Below are positions 47,632 through 58,556 of a stretch of 64,000 bases of DNA, piece by piece; positions within the stretch are counted from its first letter, which is position 1; each line of letters begins with the position of its first letter. The stretch is from Candidatus Poribacteria bacterium. GTDB lineage: Bacteria; Poribacteria; WGA-4E; PCPOR2b. The translations under genes and the position numbers were made by a program. The stretch lies in assembly GCA_965116925.1 (NCBI GenBank), contig OZ220744.1, positions 3,712,001 through 3,776,000 of the forward strand, given 5' to 3'. A model generated the notes under the pieces. The model did no database searches, had not been told where the DNA came from, and was given only the letters and a program-made list of their open reading frames with translations.

Positions 47632-48267
47632 ATGAAAACAGCACTCCCCCCTGAAGCCTTCGCACGAATTGACGAAACCGATGATCATCTGTTTTACGCC
47701 GAACCCCGTATCGTCACCCATATTGACGACTACGCAATCGCCGCAATCAAGGAATTCTTCAATCAAACCTTACCGAGAAATGCTGACATATTAGACCTGA
47801 TGAGCAGCGCCTTCTCACACCTTCCCGAAGGATTTCCCGCTCAACGTATCGTCGGATTAGGCTTGAACGCGGTAGAACTTCAGGTCAATCCTGTCCTTGA
47901 CGAGCATGTAATTCATGACCTCAACGCCGATCCAACACTCCCTTTTGGTGATGGAGAATTTACAGCGGTGATCATGACTGTTTCGATGCAGTACCTGACT
48001 AATCCCGTCGAGGTTTTTCGTGAGGTGCATCGCATCCTTCAGCCAGATGGTCCGTTCATCGTCATTTTCTCCAATCGACTGTTCCCAACGAAAGCGGTGT
48101 ATATCTGGCGTGTAACCTCAGACGTTGAACACGCGGAATTGGTGCAGCATTACTTCCGTTTGGCGGGCGGCTATGCAGAAATCACATTTTTGGATTGCAC
48201 CCCACAGACCGATGAATACACGGATCCGGTGTATGTCGTTATGGCGAACAGGGTTGAGGTGCCTTAG
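47632..48267 (+). CDS. Class I SAM-dependent methyltransferase (type 11)
   Basis: FYAEPRIVTHID, LDLMSS, GLGLN..EL..N, QYLT.P, FSNRLFPTKA. Confidence 0.88.
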   Translation: MKTALPPEAFARIDETDDHLFYAEPRIVTHIDDYAIAAIKEFFNQTLPRNADILDLMSSAFSHLPEGFPAQRIVGLGLNAVELQVNPVLDEHVIHDLNADPTLPFGDGEFTAVIMTVSMQYLTNPVEVFREVHRILQPDGPFIVIFSNRLFPTKAVYIWRVTSDVEHAELVQHYFRLAGGYAEITFLDCTPQTDEYTDPVYVVMANRVEVP

Positions 48268-48339
48268 ATATGGCAGACAACATAAATCTTTCACATTCAA
48301 TAATTTGACAAAGTTACGACGAAAGGAGAATTTTGAATC

Positions 48340-50199
48340 ATGGCTGATAGCAACAACACCGAAGAAATCCAAGAATTTGAGTATAAAGCAGAGATGGAGC
48401 AACTCCTGCATCTCATTGTTCACTCGCTTTATACTCACCCCGAAGTCGCCATCCGCGAACTCATTTCCAACGCTTCCGATGCGTTACATAAAATCCGCTT
48501 CAGGCAGTTGACGGATAAGAATATCCTAAATCCTGAAACACCTTTAAGGGTTGACATCGCCGTCGATTCCGATGCACAGACATTCTCGATTACGGATACA
48601 GGCATTGGCATGACCAAGGACGATTTGACCGAAAGAATCGGCACCGTTGCTAGCTCAGGAACGCTAGAGTTTTTGGAGCAGATGAAGGAAGGGGATACCC
48701 CTTTCGACGCCAACCTAATCGGTCAGTTCGGTATCGGTTTTTATTCGGTGTTTATGCTCACGAACGAGATTACTATTGAAACGCGCCACGCAGATGTCGA
48801 CTCAAAGGGATTCCGGTGGCAGTCAACGGGTGAAGGCAAATTTTCCATCAAGGAGATTGAACGTCCACAGCGGGGCACACAAATCTCCTTCAAGCTGAAA
48901 GACGAATCCAAGGAATTTAGCGATTCGTATCGCGTTGAGCAGGTCATCACGAAATACTCCAATTTTGTCGATTTTCCTGTTTCGGTCAATGGTAAGCAGG
49001 TGAACACTGTCAGTGCCTTGTGGCATAAGAATAGGAATGAAGTGACGGAGGAGGAACGGAATGAGTTCTACAAATTCATATCTAACGACCTCAATCCGCC
49101 ACTCGGTCACCTGCATCTTTCTCTCGAAGGTCGCGTGAATTTCAAAGCGTTGATGTTTATACCAGAGACACAACCGCTCAGATTTCTCAGGGAGGAAGAC
49201 CTGAGTTCGCTGCACCTGTATTCGAGCAAGGTCTTTATTCAGGATGATTGCAAAGAACTCCTGCCTGAATACCTTCGATTCATGTCAGGGGTGGTGGATA
49301 CTGAAGATCTACCCTTGAATGTGTCCCGCGAGGTGACACAATCGAGTCCCATCATGACACGCATCCGGGAAACCTTAACGGGCAGAGTGCTCTCTCTGTT
49401 AGAAGACTGGGCGAAAAATGACGCAGAAAAGTACGAGAAATTCTTCAGGAATTTCGGTTTGCTCTTCAAAACAGGACTCAGTTCCGATTTCGTCAACAAG
49501 GATCGGCTGCTTGAGCTCTTGCGGTTTGAGTCAACCAAAACCGAAAGCGGCAAGTTTACTTCGCTGAAGGATTATGTTGCCGGGATGTCGGAGGATCAGG
49601 AGGAGATTTATTATCTGTCAGGTGATAGCAGAACTGCGGTAGAACGGAATCCCAATTTGGAATATTTTAGGAAGGGTGGGATCGAGGTGTTGTTCTTCAT
49701 CGATCCCGTCGATCTGTTCAATACTCCCCACCTACTTGAATATGACGGAAAACCGCTAAAAAGCATCGAAAAGGCGGATATAGATCTCAAGGCGGACGAA
49801 GAAAGCCAAGATGACACCTTAACTGAGGATCCCAACCTGATTTCTGTTTTCAAGGAAGTCCTTGGCGATAAGGTGGAAGACGTGGTCGCCTCCAAACGGC
49901 TGGTTGATTCGGCAGCAACTTTGGTTGTCGGTGAAGAGGGTATGGACGCCCACATGGAGCGGATGATGAAAATGATGAATCAGGATTTCACCGGCTCTAA
50001 ACGCATCTTAGAACTCAACTTTTCCCATCCGTTGATAAAGAATCTCGCACAACTCAACCAGAACCAAGGCGATGAAACCCTTATTAAGAACTGTATTTTA
50101 CAGCTTTACGAAGGTGCGTTGTTGGTTGACGGAAACACCGTGGACCCACCCACATTTGTTGCTCGGATGACGGAGATTATGGAACAAGCAACAAATTGA
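48340..50199 (+). CDS. htpG: Chaperone HtpG (Hsp90)
   Basis: RELISNASDA, DTGIGMT, IGQFGIGFYS, LPLNVSRE. Confidence 0.97.
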   Translation: MADSNNTEEIQEFEYKAEMEQLLHLIVHSLYTHPEVAIRELISNASDALHKIRFRQLTDKNILNPETPLRVDIAVDSDAQTFSITDTGIGMTKDDLTERIGTVASSGTLEFLEQMKEGDTPFDANLIGQFGIGFYSVFMLTNEITIETRHADVDSKGFRWQSTGEGKFSIKEIERPQRGTQISFKLKDESKEFSDSYRVEQVITKYSNFVDFPVSVNGKQVNTVSALWHKNRNEVTEEERNEFYKFISNDLNPPLGHLHLSLEGRVNFKALMFIPETQPLRFLREEDLSSLHLYSSKVFIQDDCKELLPEYLRFMSGVVDTEDLPLNVSREVTQSSPIMTRIRETLTGRVLSLLEDWAKNDAEKYEKFFRNFGLLFKTGLSSDFVNKDRLLELLRFESTKTESGKFTSLKDYVAGMSEDQEEIYYLSGDSRTAVERNPNLEYFRKGGIEVLFFIDPVDLFNTPHLLEYDGKPLKSIEKADIDLKADEESQDDTLTEDPNLISVFKEVLGDKVEDVVASKRLVDSAATLVVGEEGMDAHMERMMKMMNQDFTGSKRILELNFSHPLIKNLAQLNQNQGDETLIKNCILQLYEGALLVDGNTVDPPTFVARMTEIMEQATN

Positions 50200-50278
50200 C
50201 GTGAATTCTGATTTGGCGAATCGTATCCCAATTTATCGGGGCTATACCTACTTTAGGAAGGTTTTGAAGGAGAAATTA

Positions 50279-51364
50279 ATGCATGCAACAATTACCGTAA
50301 TACCCGGAGATGGAATCGGTCAAGAAGTCACAACTGAGGCGATTCGGGTCTTAGATACTATCCAAGACAAATATGGACACCGCTTTGAATATGAATACGG
50401 ACTTCTCGGCGGCTGCGCGATTGATCAGACTGGTACAGCCCTGCCGCAAGAAACGTTGGATCTATGCCGAAGATCCGATGCAATCCTATTCGGTGCGGCG
50501 GGGGGACCGGAGTGGGAAGATGTCCCAAGCGCAGAACGTCCAGAACGCGCAGTCGGAACAGTACGCAAAGAACTTGACCTGTTTGTGAATCTACGCCCGA
50601 TTCGTGGAAGAAAAGCGTTGGCACCCGTTATGCCGGTGAAGGACGAGATCATCGGTGAAGGATTAGACTTTATCGTAATCCGTGAGTTGGCTGGCGGTTT
50701 ATACTACGGCGAGCCTCGTGGCATTGAACCACACGCAGATGGAGAACGCGGCTGCAATACACTTGCTTACACGACACGAGAGATTGACCGTGTGGTACGC
50801 GCTGGCTTTGAACTCGCACGGAAACGGTCTAAAAAACTCACCTCTGTGGCGAAGGAGAACATGCTGGAAAGTTCAAAACTCTGGCGAGAAGTTGCGACAA
50901 AGGTGAGTCAGGATTATCCCGATGTCGAATTAGACCATATCCTAGTTGATGCGTGTGCCTATCATCTCATCCGAAACCCGAGCCAATTTGATGTCATGGT
51001 AACGGGAAATATCTTCGGGGATATCCTCACCGACGAAGCGGGTGTGTTGGTTGGTTCACTCGGTATGTGCCCGTCGGCAAGCTACGGCTATACCAAGCAA
51101 GGCTTCTACGAACCAATTCACGGCACCGCACCGGACATCACCGGACAAGGGGTCGCCAACCCGATAGGGGAGATTTTGTCCGCAGCCCTTCTGCTCCGAC
51201 ACTCCTTCGACCTTGAGACGGAAGCTGCGGATATTGAAAATGCTGTTGACCGTGCAATTGACAAGGGATTCCGTACCATTGATATCCAGCAGCCGGGATT
51301 GAAAACAGTCGGTACTGTCGAAATGACAGACGCCATTATTGCCGAGATTCGATCCGATTCGTAA
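50279..51364 (+). CDS. leuB: 3-isopropylmalate dehydrogenase
   Basis: PGDGIG, NLRP, RELAGGLYYG, NIFGDILTDE, YEPIHGTAPDI, ANP. Confidence 0.9.
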   Translation: MHATITVIPGDGIGQEVTTEAIRVLDTIQDKYGHRFEYEYGLLGGCAIDQTGTALPQETLDLCRRSDAILFGAAGGPEWEDVPSAERPERAVGTVRKELDLFVNLRPIRGRKALAPVMPVKDEIIGEGLDFIVIRELAGGLYYGEPRGIEPHADGERGCNTLAYTTREIDRVVRAGFELARKRSKKLTSVAKENMLESSKLWREVATKVSQDYPDVELDHILVDACAYHLIRNPSQFDVMVTGNIFGDILTDEAGVLVGSLGMCPSASYGYTKQGFYEPIHGTAPDITGQGVANPIGEILSAALLLRHSFDLETEAADIENAVDRAIDKGFRTIDIQQPGLKTVGTVEMTDAIIAEIRSDS

Positions 51365-51398
51365 AGCGCGAGCGTTAGCCGCGAGGAGACCCATAAAT

Positions 51399-52031
51399 AT
51401 GGATAAACTTCGCAGAGAATATACCGACGCCGGCTTGAACGAGCGGGACTTGGATGCGAATCCCTTTAATCAGTTTGAGAAGTGGTTTCAAGACGCGGTC
51501 GATGCGGAAATTGATCTGCCGGACGCTATGACGCTGGCAACAGCAACGAGGGACGGTATACCTTCGGCAAGGGTTGTACTGCTTCGGGGGCATGATGAGC
51601 GGGGCTTCGTTTTTTACACGGACTACGAAAGCCAAAAGGGGACGGAACTCGCAGAGAATCCGAATGCCGCGTTGGTTTTTTACTGGCGCGAACTGGATCG
51701 GCAGGTGCGTATCACCGGACAGGTGAGCAAGGTCTCTCGTGAAAATTCCCAAAACTATTTTCAGAGTCGGCCTGTCGATAGTCGTTTGGCTGCGTTGGCG
51801 TCAAAACAGAGCGAAGTTATCCCGGATCGAAAGGTACTGGAAGAACGATTCAATCAGTTAGCAGAACAATATCAGGACAAAGAGATTCCGCTGCCGTCAG
51901 ATTGGGGTGGTTATCGCTTATCCCCCAACATGATTGAGTTCTGGAGTGGTCGTCCAAGCCGTCTGCATGACCGGCTTCGCTACACCCGCCAACCTAATGA
52001 CGATTGGCGGATTGAGCGAATTTCACCGTGA
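51399..52031 (+). CDS. pdxH: Pyridoxamine 5'-phosphate oxidase
   Basis: LRREY, AMTLAT, ARVVLL, RQVRI, WGGY, EFWSGRPSRLHDR. Confidence 0.95.
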   Translation: MDKLRREYTDAGLNERDLDANPFNQFEKWFQDAVDAEIDLPDAMTLATATRDGIPSARVVLLRGHDERGFVFYTDYESQKGTELAENPNAALVFYWRELDRQVRITGQVSKVSRENSQNYFQSRPVDSRLAALASKQSEVIPDRKVLEERFNQLAEQYQDKEIPLPSDWGGYRLSPNMIEFWSGRPSRLHDRLRYTRQPNDDWRIERISP

Positions 52032-52058
52032 CGCTTTCTCTTGAATCAGGGCCCTCGG

Positions 52059-52886
52059 TTAAATAACCACGTCGGATTTTTTTGCCTTTTCGGTGGTTTG
52101 CCCGGAGATTTCGTCGCCAACTTGTCGCAGTTGATTAAAGTCGCGTTGGAAGCCTTCGTGTAGAGCTCCCACGTCGGTCTTGTGCAGGACAAATCGGACC
52201 CCTTCTTGAATCCACTTTGTTGATAGCTCGACAGATTGCAGATGGACAGCGACGGGGATATTTCGCGCACCGCATGTGCGAATGACAAAGCGAATCATCT
52301 CCTCAAAATCCGGATGATCATACTGGTCTGGGATACCCATTGTGATACTCATGTCGTTGGGACCTACGAAAATTGCATCAATCCCACCGATTTTTAAGAT
52401 CTCCTCCAAATTATCGGCGGCAGGTACGCTCTCAATCCCAATCATGACAACGGTGTTGCGATTTCTTTCCTGTAAATATTCTTTCGATACCTCGCTTGGG
52501 AATTCCCCCGTCTCCATCACGCGGTCCACGAGCGCGCCTTTCAACGGACGCCATCTTGCTGCTGCGACCACTTCCTGCACTTCCTCAACGGTTTCGCAGT
52601 ATGGGACGAGAACGCCGTGTGCGCCGGCATCAAGTGCCATGGTTACATAGTGAGATGAGGGAATTGGGATGCGGACAATTGTGGTCGTTCCTGTCGTGTT
52701 AATCGCCGAGATAAAATCCGCTACCTCTCCCCGACTGTATGCTGAATGTTCGTTATCAATAATTACATAGTCGAAGTTGAGTTGGCCAATCGCTCTTGCC
52801 CACCGAGGATTACGCGATAGACTCAGCATTGTGCCGTATACGATGCCACCATTTTCTAATTTATTGCGTAGATCTATACCAGCCAT
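52059..52886 (-). CDS. HpcH/HpaI aldolase family protein
   Basis: DYVIIDNEH, LDAGAHGVLVP, IES, FVGPND. Confidence 0.88.
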   Translation of the reverse strand: MAGIDLRNKLENGGIVYGTMLSLSRNPRWARAIGQLNFDYVIIDNEHSAYSRGEVADFISAINTTGTTTIVRIPIPSSHYVTMALDAGAHGVLVPYCETVEEVQEVVAAARWRPLKGALVDRVMETGEFPSEVSKEYLQERNRNTVVMIGIESVPAADNLEEILKIGGIDAIFVGPNDMSITMGIPDQYDHPDFEEMIRFVIRTCGARNIPVAVHLQSVELSTKWIQEGVRFVLHKTDVGALHEGFQRDFNQLRQVGDEISGQTTEKAKKSDVVI

Positions 52887-52927
52887 TTATGTCTCCGTAT
52901 TGGTTTATGAATTAAGAGGTTGTGCGG

Positions 52928-53587
52928 TCATTCAGATTTGGGATTTGGGTTGATTTGTTGTTGCATCTGTTGCCGAATCATGAAGTCGTCGGGGGCAACA
53001 ATTCCGCCTGAAATTAGCATTTTCATGGCAGTTTCAACCTTCATGTTTGTCTCATAGATGATTTCTGGATCACAGAAGAGCAAAACGCCTGTTGTCGGGT
53101 TCGGACTGGTTGGGACAAAGACAGAAGCAACTGGAACGGGATTCCCTTCTTCCTGGAACTCTCCTGTAACGAAGCCGATAACACGTATCGTTGATCCGGG
53201 AGTCTTAACCGCAACCGCTCGTGAGAACCTGTTCGTATTTGAGGTCATCAAAGCCATCTGCACCACCTGCTTGACAGGTGCATAGACCTCTCGCACGAGC
53301 GGAATCTTTGTTAAAATTTTCTCGCCTGCCCCAAGTAATTTTTGTCCCAAAAAATTGGAGACGATTAAACCTACTAAGTAGACGAGCAGGATTGTCGCTA
53401 GTGCTCCCATACCGATGTGATATTTTTCCTTCAACCCCAACTCTAACATTATCGGCGACATTATCGGCTTAAGCCAGCCATCGATTGTAGTGAAGAGGAA
53501 CTTCAGCACAAAGACGGTGACACCCAACGGTATCAGCGTTAAAATTCCTGTGATTAGTTTACTCCTGAAATGTCTTCTAATTCCCAT
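52928..53587 (-). CDS. DUF502 membrane protein
   Basis: KIPLVREVY, IGFVTG, VFVPTSPNPTTG, ISGG. Confidence 0.9.
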   Translation of the reverse strand: MGIRRHFRSKLITGILTLIPLGVTVFVLKFLFTTIDGWLKPIMSPIMLELGLKEKYHIGMGALATILLVYLVGLIVSNFLGQKLLGAGEKILTKIPLVREVYAPVKQVVQMALMTSNTNRFSRAVAVKTPGSTIRVIGFVTGEFQEEGNPVPVASVFVPTSPNPTTGVLLFCDPEIIYETNMKVETAMKMLISGGIVAPDDFMIRQQMQQQINPNPKSE

Positions 53588-53990
53588 TTTTTTACTTGTA
53601 TTGATAGGGTGAAGCGAGACAACATGAAATGTCTTTCATTGGTCGTTAATCACGCCATAGAATTAAGAATTTAATAACACAAGTTGACACTTGTACCTCC
53701 GCTTATCATGTCCGTCCGAACTAAGCGGAGTAAGGCTAGTGAATACAACGCAAAACACGAAAAAAAGATGCAAAATATCTCAATTTCCAAGAGGGGTAAC
53801 TTCGATTTTAATACTCTAAATATGATAGCATATACACAGTGCATCGTCAATCAGATTGCTTTTTTCCTCGGTCAAATTAATTGTCGTGAAAGCTTCTCTA
53901 AAATGCGTAAAAGTTGTTGTTATTCAGATCCAATCGCGTTAAAATACGATCGGCTTAACATAAAAATTGATTAAGGGAGGGTGTAAGATC

Positions 53991-55160
53991 GTGAAAATCA
54001 CTAAAGTTGAGACGCTTCGGGCGAGCCGATTCATGTACGTCAAAGTTGAGACGGATGAGGGAATCACAGGGGTTGGTGAACTCCATCCCGCTAGCGGCAC
54101 TGGCGGCACTCCATTTTTGCCGATTGCAGGGGTCGAATATTGTGCCGAGTACCTCGTCGGCAGGGACCCACTACATATCGAACGGCATTGGCAGCATACA
54201 TTCCGTCGCTGTTTATTCCGGGGCGGCGCAGACGTAATGTCCGCCATCGGTGCGATTGACATTGCTTTGTGGGACATCAAGGGCAAGGTGCATGGGGCAC
54301 CAGTTTATGAACTAATCGGCGGACCCACGCGGGAGAAGGTTCGCCTATATACGCATCTGGGCGGAAGCACGCCCGAAGAATTGTCAGAGCAGGCAGCTGC
54401 GCGTGTTGAAGAAGGGTTCACTGCGGTTAGGTTGTATCCGTTCGGTGATTTCGGTGTATTCGATTTCGAGGAGGGACGCGGTCTGGAAAGCATGAGCTAT
54501 ACCACAATGATTCGCAATGCAGAGCAGCGGGTCGGAGCGGTTCGAGACGCGGTGGGGCCGGAGGTAGATGTCATGATTGATGTTGTCAACCGACTTACTC
54601 CAGCGGAAGCCATCGCGGTGGGACGGGCACTTGAGCCGTATGACCTATATTTTTTCGAGGATCCGATCGAACCTGAGAACATGGACGCGTGGGAGTACGT
54701 TGCGGCTAGTGTTCCTATGCCGCTTGCGATGGGGGAACGGCTCTACACGATTTATCAATTCCGAGATCTGCTGAACCACAACGGTGCTGCATTCGTCCGT
54801 CCCGACCTGTCGCTCGCTGGCGGGATCACAAATGTCAAGAAAATCGCGACGCTTGCAGAGGCAAGTTATGTCGGTGTGGTGCCACATAATCCGTTGAGTT
54901 GTGTCCTCACCGCCGCGTGTGTGCAGATCGATGTAGCTATTCACAACCTTGCTGTGCAAGAGTATCCGTTGGGTGAAGACAAATCTCCGAAACGCGATTT
55001 TGTCAAGGAGCCAATTAAGCGGGAAGGCGGCTATTTAATCCCTCCGGACACGCCGGGAATTGGGATTGAACTCAATGAAGAGGCGTTCAAGCATTATCCT
55101 CCTGAGCCGTATGTGCGCCCACCGCTCATTACTCCGGACGGGGGATTGAAGGAGTATTAA
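53991..55160 (+). CDS. Galactonate dehydratase-like enolase superfamily enzyme
   Basis: VETDEGITGVGE, IDIALWDIKGK, FEDP, GERL, VPHNP; GTG start after gggagg. Confidence 0.85.
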   Translation: MKITKVETLRASRFMYVKVETDEGITGVGELHPASGTGGTPFLPIAGVEYCAEYLVGRDPLHIERHWQHTFRRCLFRGGADVMSAIGAIDIALWDIKGKVHGAPVYELIGGPTREKVRLYTHLGGSTPEELSEQAAARVEEGFTAVRLYPFGDFGVFDFEEGRGLESMSYTTMIRNAEQRVGAVRDAVGPEVDVMIDVVNRLTPAEAIAVGRALEPYDLYFFEDPIEPENMDAWEYVAASVPMPLAMGERLYTIYQFRDLLNHNGAAFVRPDLSLAGGITNVKKIATLAEASYVGVVPHNPLSCVLTAACVQIDVAIHNLAVQEYPLGEDKSPKRDFVKEPIKREGGYLIPPDTPGIGIELNEEAFKHYPPEPYVRPPLITPDGGLKEY

Positions 55161-56395
55161 TTAGTTGGTATGGGCAACCACATCCCACCGGTTTTTCTCG
55201 CTAGTGCCTTTTGCTCACGTTCAGCTTTGAGCGGATCATCGGCTTCGGTTCTATCAGTTACGCCCCCAATTATATCCAATGTTATCTCTGCCGCCCAGCA
55301 TTGTTGTAGCACCTCTTGAATTGTATAGGGACCTGTGCACGGTGCATCGGTAATGAGGATAAAACGCCGTCGTGCCTCCGGGCGGAATTTTATCCTCGAT
55401 ATCGATTTGACAATTGCCTCATAAGCCCGCTCAGCTCCACCACATTTGATGTTTTCGAGGAGGCGTTCATACCGCTGATAATCCTTCGTCGGTTGATGAA
55501 AGTGTTGTACCAGATACTTAAACGGTACGACTGCCATTGTGAAATCCAACTGTTCTGCTCGAAAGACTTCTACCATATCAACCAAATGCCTTCCCACTGC
55601 CCGAATATTATCTTCCATACTGCCGCTGGTATCTAACAGAAAGACAATATCTACGGTTGGCGAATCTTTCCCGCTCGCGATACCGCTGGCGATTGTCTGA
55701 AGCAGAGATCCAATCTGTGCTTCGTGGTCGAGTGATGGTGTCTCAACGCTGTCGATCTGTGGTGTTTGTGTTTGTGAAAGATCGTGTTTAGTTTCGGTGA
55801 ATCTTGATTGAGAAATTTCGGCTACAGTTTCCAATGGTTCGCCAATTGATTCCTGCAAATGCCAATCGTCTTCGGCTGCTTCTGCAAAGGGCGTATCCGA
55901 TGTGGGTAGTAGGTGAGCTGCTGTGTTTAGGGGTTTAGCTGTTGACTGAATTGGTGAAGCCACTTGGTTTACCTGCACTGCTGAAGCCTTTAGGGACATC
56001 AATGGTCTGGAGGGCACACTATTTATATAAGGTTGGTCGGGAACGTTGATATGAAAGACCGGCTTTTTGATATCTACGGGGTGGAGACGTTGGGAGTGAA
56101 ATTCGACCTCAATCAGTTCCGCAACAATCGGATCCGGTGGCGGAGGCGGTCGATACCATCGTGGCAAATTGATGCTAACCATAAGGACCGCTATCAGGTG
56201 CAGTAGCAAGGAGATAAAAAACGAGAAACGTGTGCGACGGTTCGCTCTGGCTCGATTGGACCTCCGAGACCATCGCAGGTTGTCAGGCGTGGGGTGGAAA
56301 GCGTGAGGTTTAGTGTGTTGAAAGTCACCTAGAGCACCGCCTCTATAAAACCTGAAACGTGATGTACGACGCTTAAACATGATTTGCCAATTCAT
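55157..56395 (-). CDS. Membrane-anchored VWA domain protein
   Basis: TM with SLLLH, Pro-rich linker, MIDAS DTSGS (DIVFLLDTSGSM), ILITDA; start uncertain. Confidence 0.8.
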   Translation of the reverse strand: MNWQIMFKRRTSRFRFYRGGALGDFQHTKPHAFHPTPDNLRWSRRSNRARANRRTRFSFFISLLLHLIAVLMVSINLPRWYRPPPPPDPIVAELIEVEFHSQRLHPVDIKKPVFHINVPDQPYINSVPSRPLMSLKASAVQVNQVASPIQSTAKPLNTAAHLLPTSDTPFAEAAEDDWHLQESIGEPLETVAEISQSRFTETKHDLSQTQTPQIDSVETPSLDHEAQIGSLLQTIASGIASGKDSPTVDIVFLLDTSGSMEDNIRAVGRHLVDMVEVFRAEQLDFTMAVVPFKYLVQHFHQPTKDYQRYERLLENIKCGGAERAYEAIVKSISRIKFRPEARRRFILITDAPCTGPYTIQEVLQQCWAAEITLDIIGGVTDRTEADDPLKAEREQKALARKTGGMWLPIPTN

Positions 56396-56594
56396 TGAAT
56401 TCCTCGTTCGCCGATTTGCTCGCTGCGATTTTATCACCAAGTGTTCTGTATGTCAAAGAAAATCCCGCTTGAGATCAAGCTAGTCAAGGGATGGAGAATA
56501 GATATTTTGCTTGCAGGTTCAAAGATGGGTGTGTTACAATAACTTTAATTTTCATGTTTTCAGTAATTTCAGCTTCATAATTGGAACAGGAACC

Positions 56595-57107
56595 ATGGAA
56601 TCAAATGTACTGGTATTAAATGCAAGCTATGAAGCAATCAACGTTTGCAACCTAAGACGTGCAATGAAGATGCTTGTCAAGGGTGTAGCGTGCATGGAGG
56701 AAGTTTCTGATATCGAGATTCGTTCGCCAACCATTTCGATGAAGATACCGTTGGTAATCCGCTTGGTGAACTATGTCCATATCCCTCATTGTGTTGTGAA
56801 ATTTTCACGTAAGAATGTTTTGATTCGAGATCAATACACATGTCAATATTGCGAAGAACATTTTCCACCGTCAACGCTAACAATTGACCACGTCAAACCT
56901 CGTTCGAGAGGCGGAACGACCGTGTGGGAAAATGTGGCGACAGCGTGTAAAAGGTGTAACGCCAAGAAGAGCGATCGCACACCCCATGAAGCCCGTATGT
57001 TCCCCAAGCGTTCGCCCAAGGCACCCTCAATTATCTCCTATCTGCACTTGAGCCGCAATGGTCGGTCCTATGACGAATCTTGGAAAAAGTACCTGTACAT
57101 CAACTAA
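56595..57107 (+). CDS. HNH endonuclease (McrA-like)
   Basis: VLVLNASYE, RDQYTCQYC, TIDHVKPRSRGG, WENVATACKRCN. Confidence 0.92.
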   Translation: MESNVLVLNASYEAINVCNLRRAMKMLVKGVACMEEVSDIEIRSPTISMKIPLVIRLVNYVHIPHCVVKFSRKNVLIRDQYTCQYCEEHFPPSTLTIDHVKPRSRGGTTVWENVATACKRCNAKKSDRTPHEARMFPKRSPKAPSIISYLHLSRNGRSYDESWKKYLYIN

Positions 57108-57154
57108 AGTTCTGTCTTGATGGAAATTGACAAGATAAGCCAAAAACGGCAGAT

Positions 57155-57907
57155 GTGATTTCAGCGGAGACAAAATTGTATCTATTGAGAAAAATCGCAA
57201 AGAGTCGCGAATGCTTTTCTGTACCTCCGCTTATGCACTCGTGTGCTCGTGTGTCTGTTTCTAATGCGTTAATATTGAGCCTTCCATTCCTACTGCTGAG
57301 TTGTACCCTACATGCTCCAGAAGATTATTACTATGAGTTTGCCCTGATGGAAGGGTGGGGAAAAACGAACCGACAGAAAACTGGACGACAACTTCATGAG
57401 GTCATACGCCACCCAGAAAACAGTGAACCCCTTGTGATTGCATTTGAAGTTGGGGAACCTCCCGCAGCGTTGCTCGGTTTTATTCCGTATGATGTTCCAG
57501 ATTCACCTGAGGTAGACCAACCACCTACTATCGTGACCCCTAAGGTGCCAATTTCGTTACGGGGTGAAGTCTTGCGGCAACTCTTTAATGAGAAACAAAT
57601 TCGAGTCGTTCATTGGCGACTGAGGAATGGGCGTCTGAGGGAAGATCAGAACGTCGTGATGCTTAACTTTATTCCGTACGCATTCTCCGAACGCGCAATC
57701 AAGGAGGAGTTCCTCATGATTTTTGCGCTTGTGCATGCAGCGCAAACACAGGCGGATACGATTGATGTTATACGGGTGATGGCAGAGGACGAAAACGGTA
57801 CACCGCAGATGAGTTTGGAGGCTCAAGTTGTAAATTATATTGCGTATTTGCAAGGGAAAATTGACGGGCAGCAGTGGGAGCAGCGACTTCGACTCCAGAG
57901 ATTTTAA
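57155..57907 (+). CDS. Hypothetical protein, possible lipoprotein
   Basis: Hydrophobic segment ending LLLSC; stop lies just before the rnpA start; start uncertain. Confidence 0.6.
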   Translation: MISAETKLYLLRKIAKSRECFSVPPLMHSCARVSVSNALILSLPFLLLSCTLHAPEDYYYEFALMEGWGKTNRQKTGRQLHEVIRHPENSEPLVIAFEVGEPPAALLGFIPYDVPDSPEVDQPPTIVTPKVPISLRGEVLRQLFNEKQIRVVHWRLRNGRLREDQNVVMLNFIPYAFSERAIKEEFLMIFALVHAAQTQADTIDVIRVMAEDENGTPQMSLEAQVVNYIAYLQGKIDGQQWEQRLRLQRF

Positions 57908-57908
57908 T

Positions 57909-58259
57909 ATGGCGCGTAAAGTTCATCCGGACAGACTGACGCAGCGTTGGGAATTTCAACGGGGTTATAAAAAGGGGAAAAAGTACTGGAACCGGCATCT
58001 TGTTATCTATGTGTTCAGACAGTCTTTATACTCCACCCGTTTGGGTATCACCGTCAGTAAAAAGATTGGAAACAGTGTTAAACGGAACCGCCTCAAACGT
58101 CTGATCCGGGAATCGTTTAGACTATCACAACAGCAAATATGTCAAGGATATGATATTGTTGCTGTTGGCAGGTCTGCGGCGGTCGGTGTAAAATGTCAGC
58201 AAGTTCAAGCGTCATTCTTGCAACTGCTGCGGCGAGCCAAGGTTTGTAGATCCAAGTAG
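57909..58259 (+). CDS. rnpA: Ribonuclease P protein component
   Basis: RLGITVSKKIGNSVKRNRLKRLIRE. Confidence 0.95.
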   Translation: MARKVHPDRLTQRWEFQRGYKKGKKYWNRHLVIYVFRQSLYSTRLGITVSKKIGNSVKRNRLKRLIRESFRLSQQQICQGYDIVAVGRSAAVGVKCQQVQASFLQLLRRAKVCRSK

Positions 58260-58307
58260 TTCAGTGCGTATGTAAACCTGATCGGCTCTGCAAACCTTGT
58301 CAATACC

Positions 58308-58517
58308 ATGAAGATCTTACTCATCTACGCCATACACTGCTATCGTAAACTGATTTCACCTCTCTTTCCGCCAACCTGCCGGTTTTATCCTACATGTTCT
58401 CAATATGCCCTTGAGGCAGTTACAAAATATGGAGCTATAAAAGGAGGGTGGCTTGCGCTTAAACGACTATCTAAGTGTCATCCATATCACCCTGGTGGTT
58501 ACCATCCCCTGAAGTAA
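58308..58517 (+). CDS. yidD: Membrane protein insertion efficiency factor
   Basis: [21 protein letters not shown]. Confidence 0.95.
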   Translation: MKILLIYAIHCYRKLISPLFPPTCRFYPTCSQYALEAVTKYGAIKGGWLALKRLSKCHPYHPGGYHPLK

Positions 58518-58556
58518 AATTCTATGTCAAAAAATCGCCACGAGGAGATTTGTTAA

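Noticed and set aside
56595..57107. HNH gene as IscB/Cas9-like or mobile
   Set aside because: It is a short stand-alone McrA-type HNH with no RuvC motifs or element ends.
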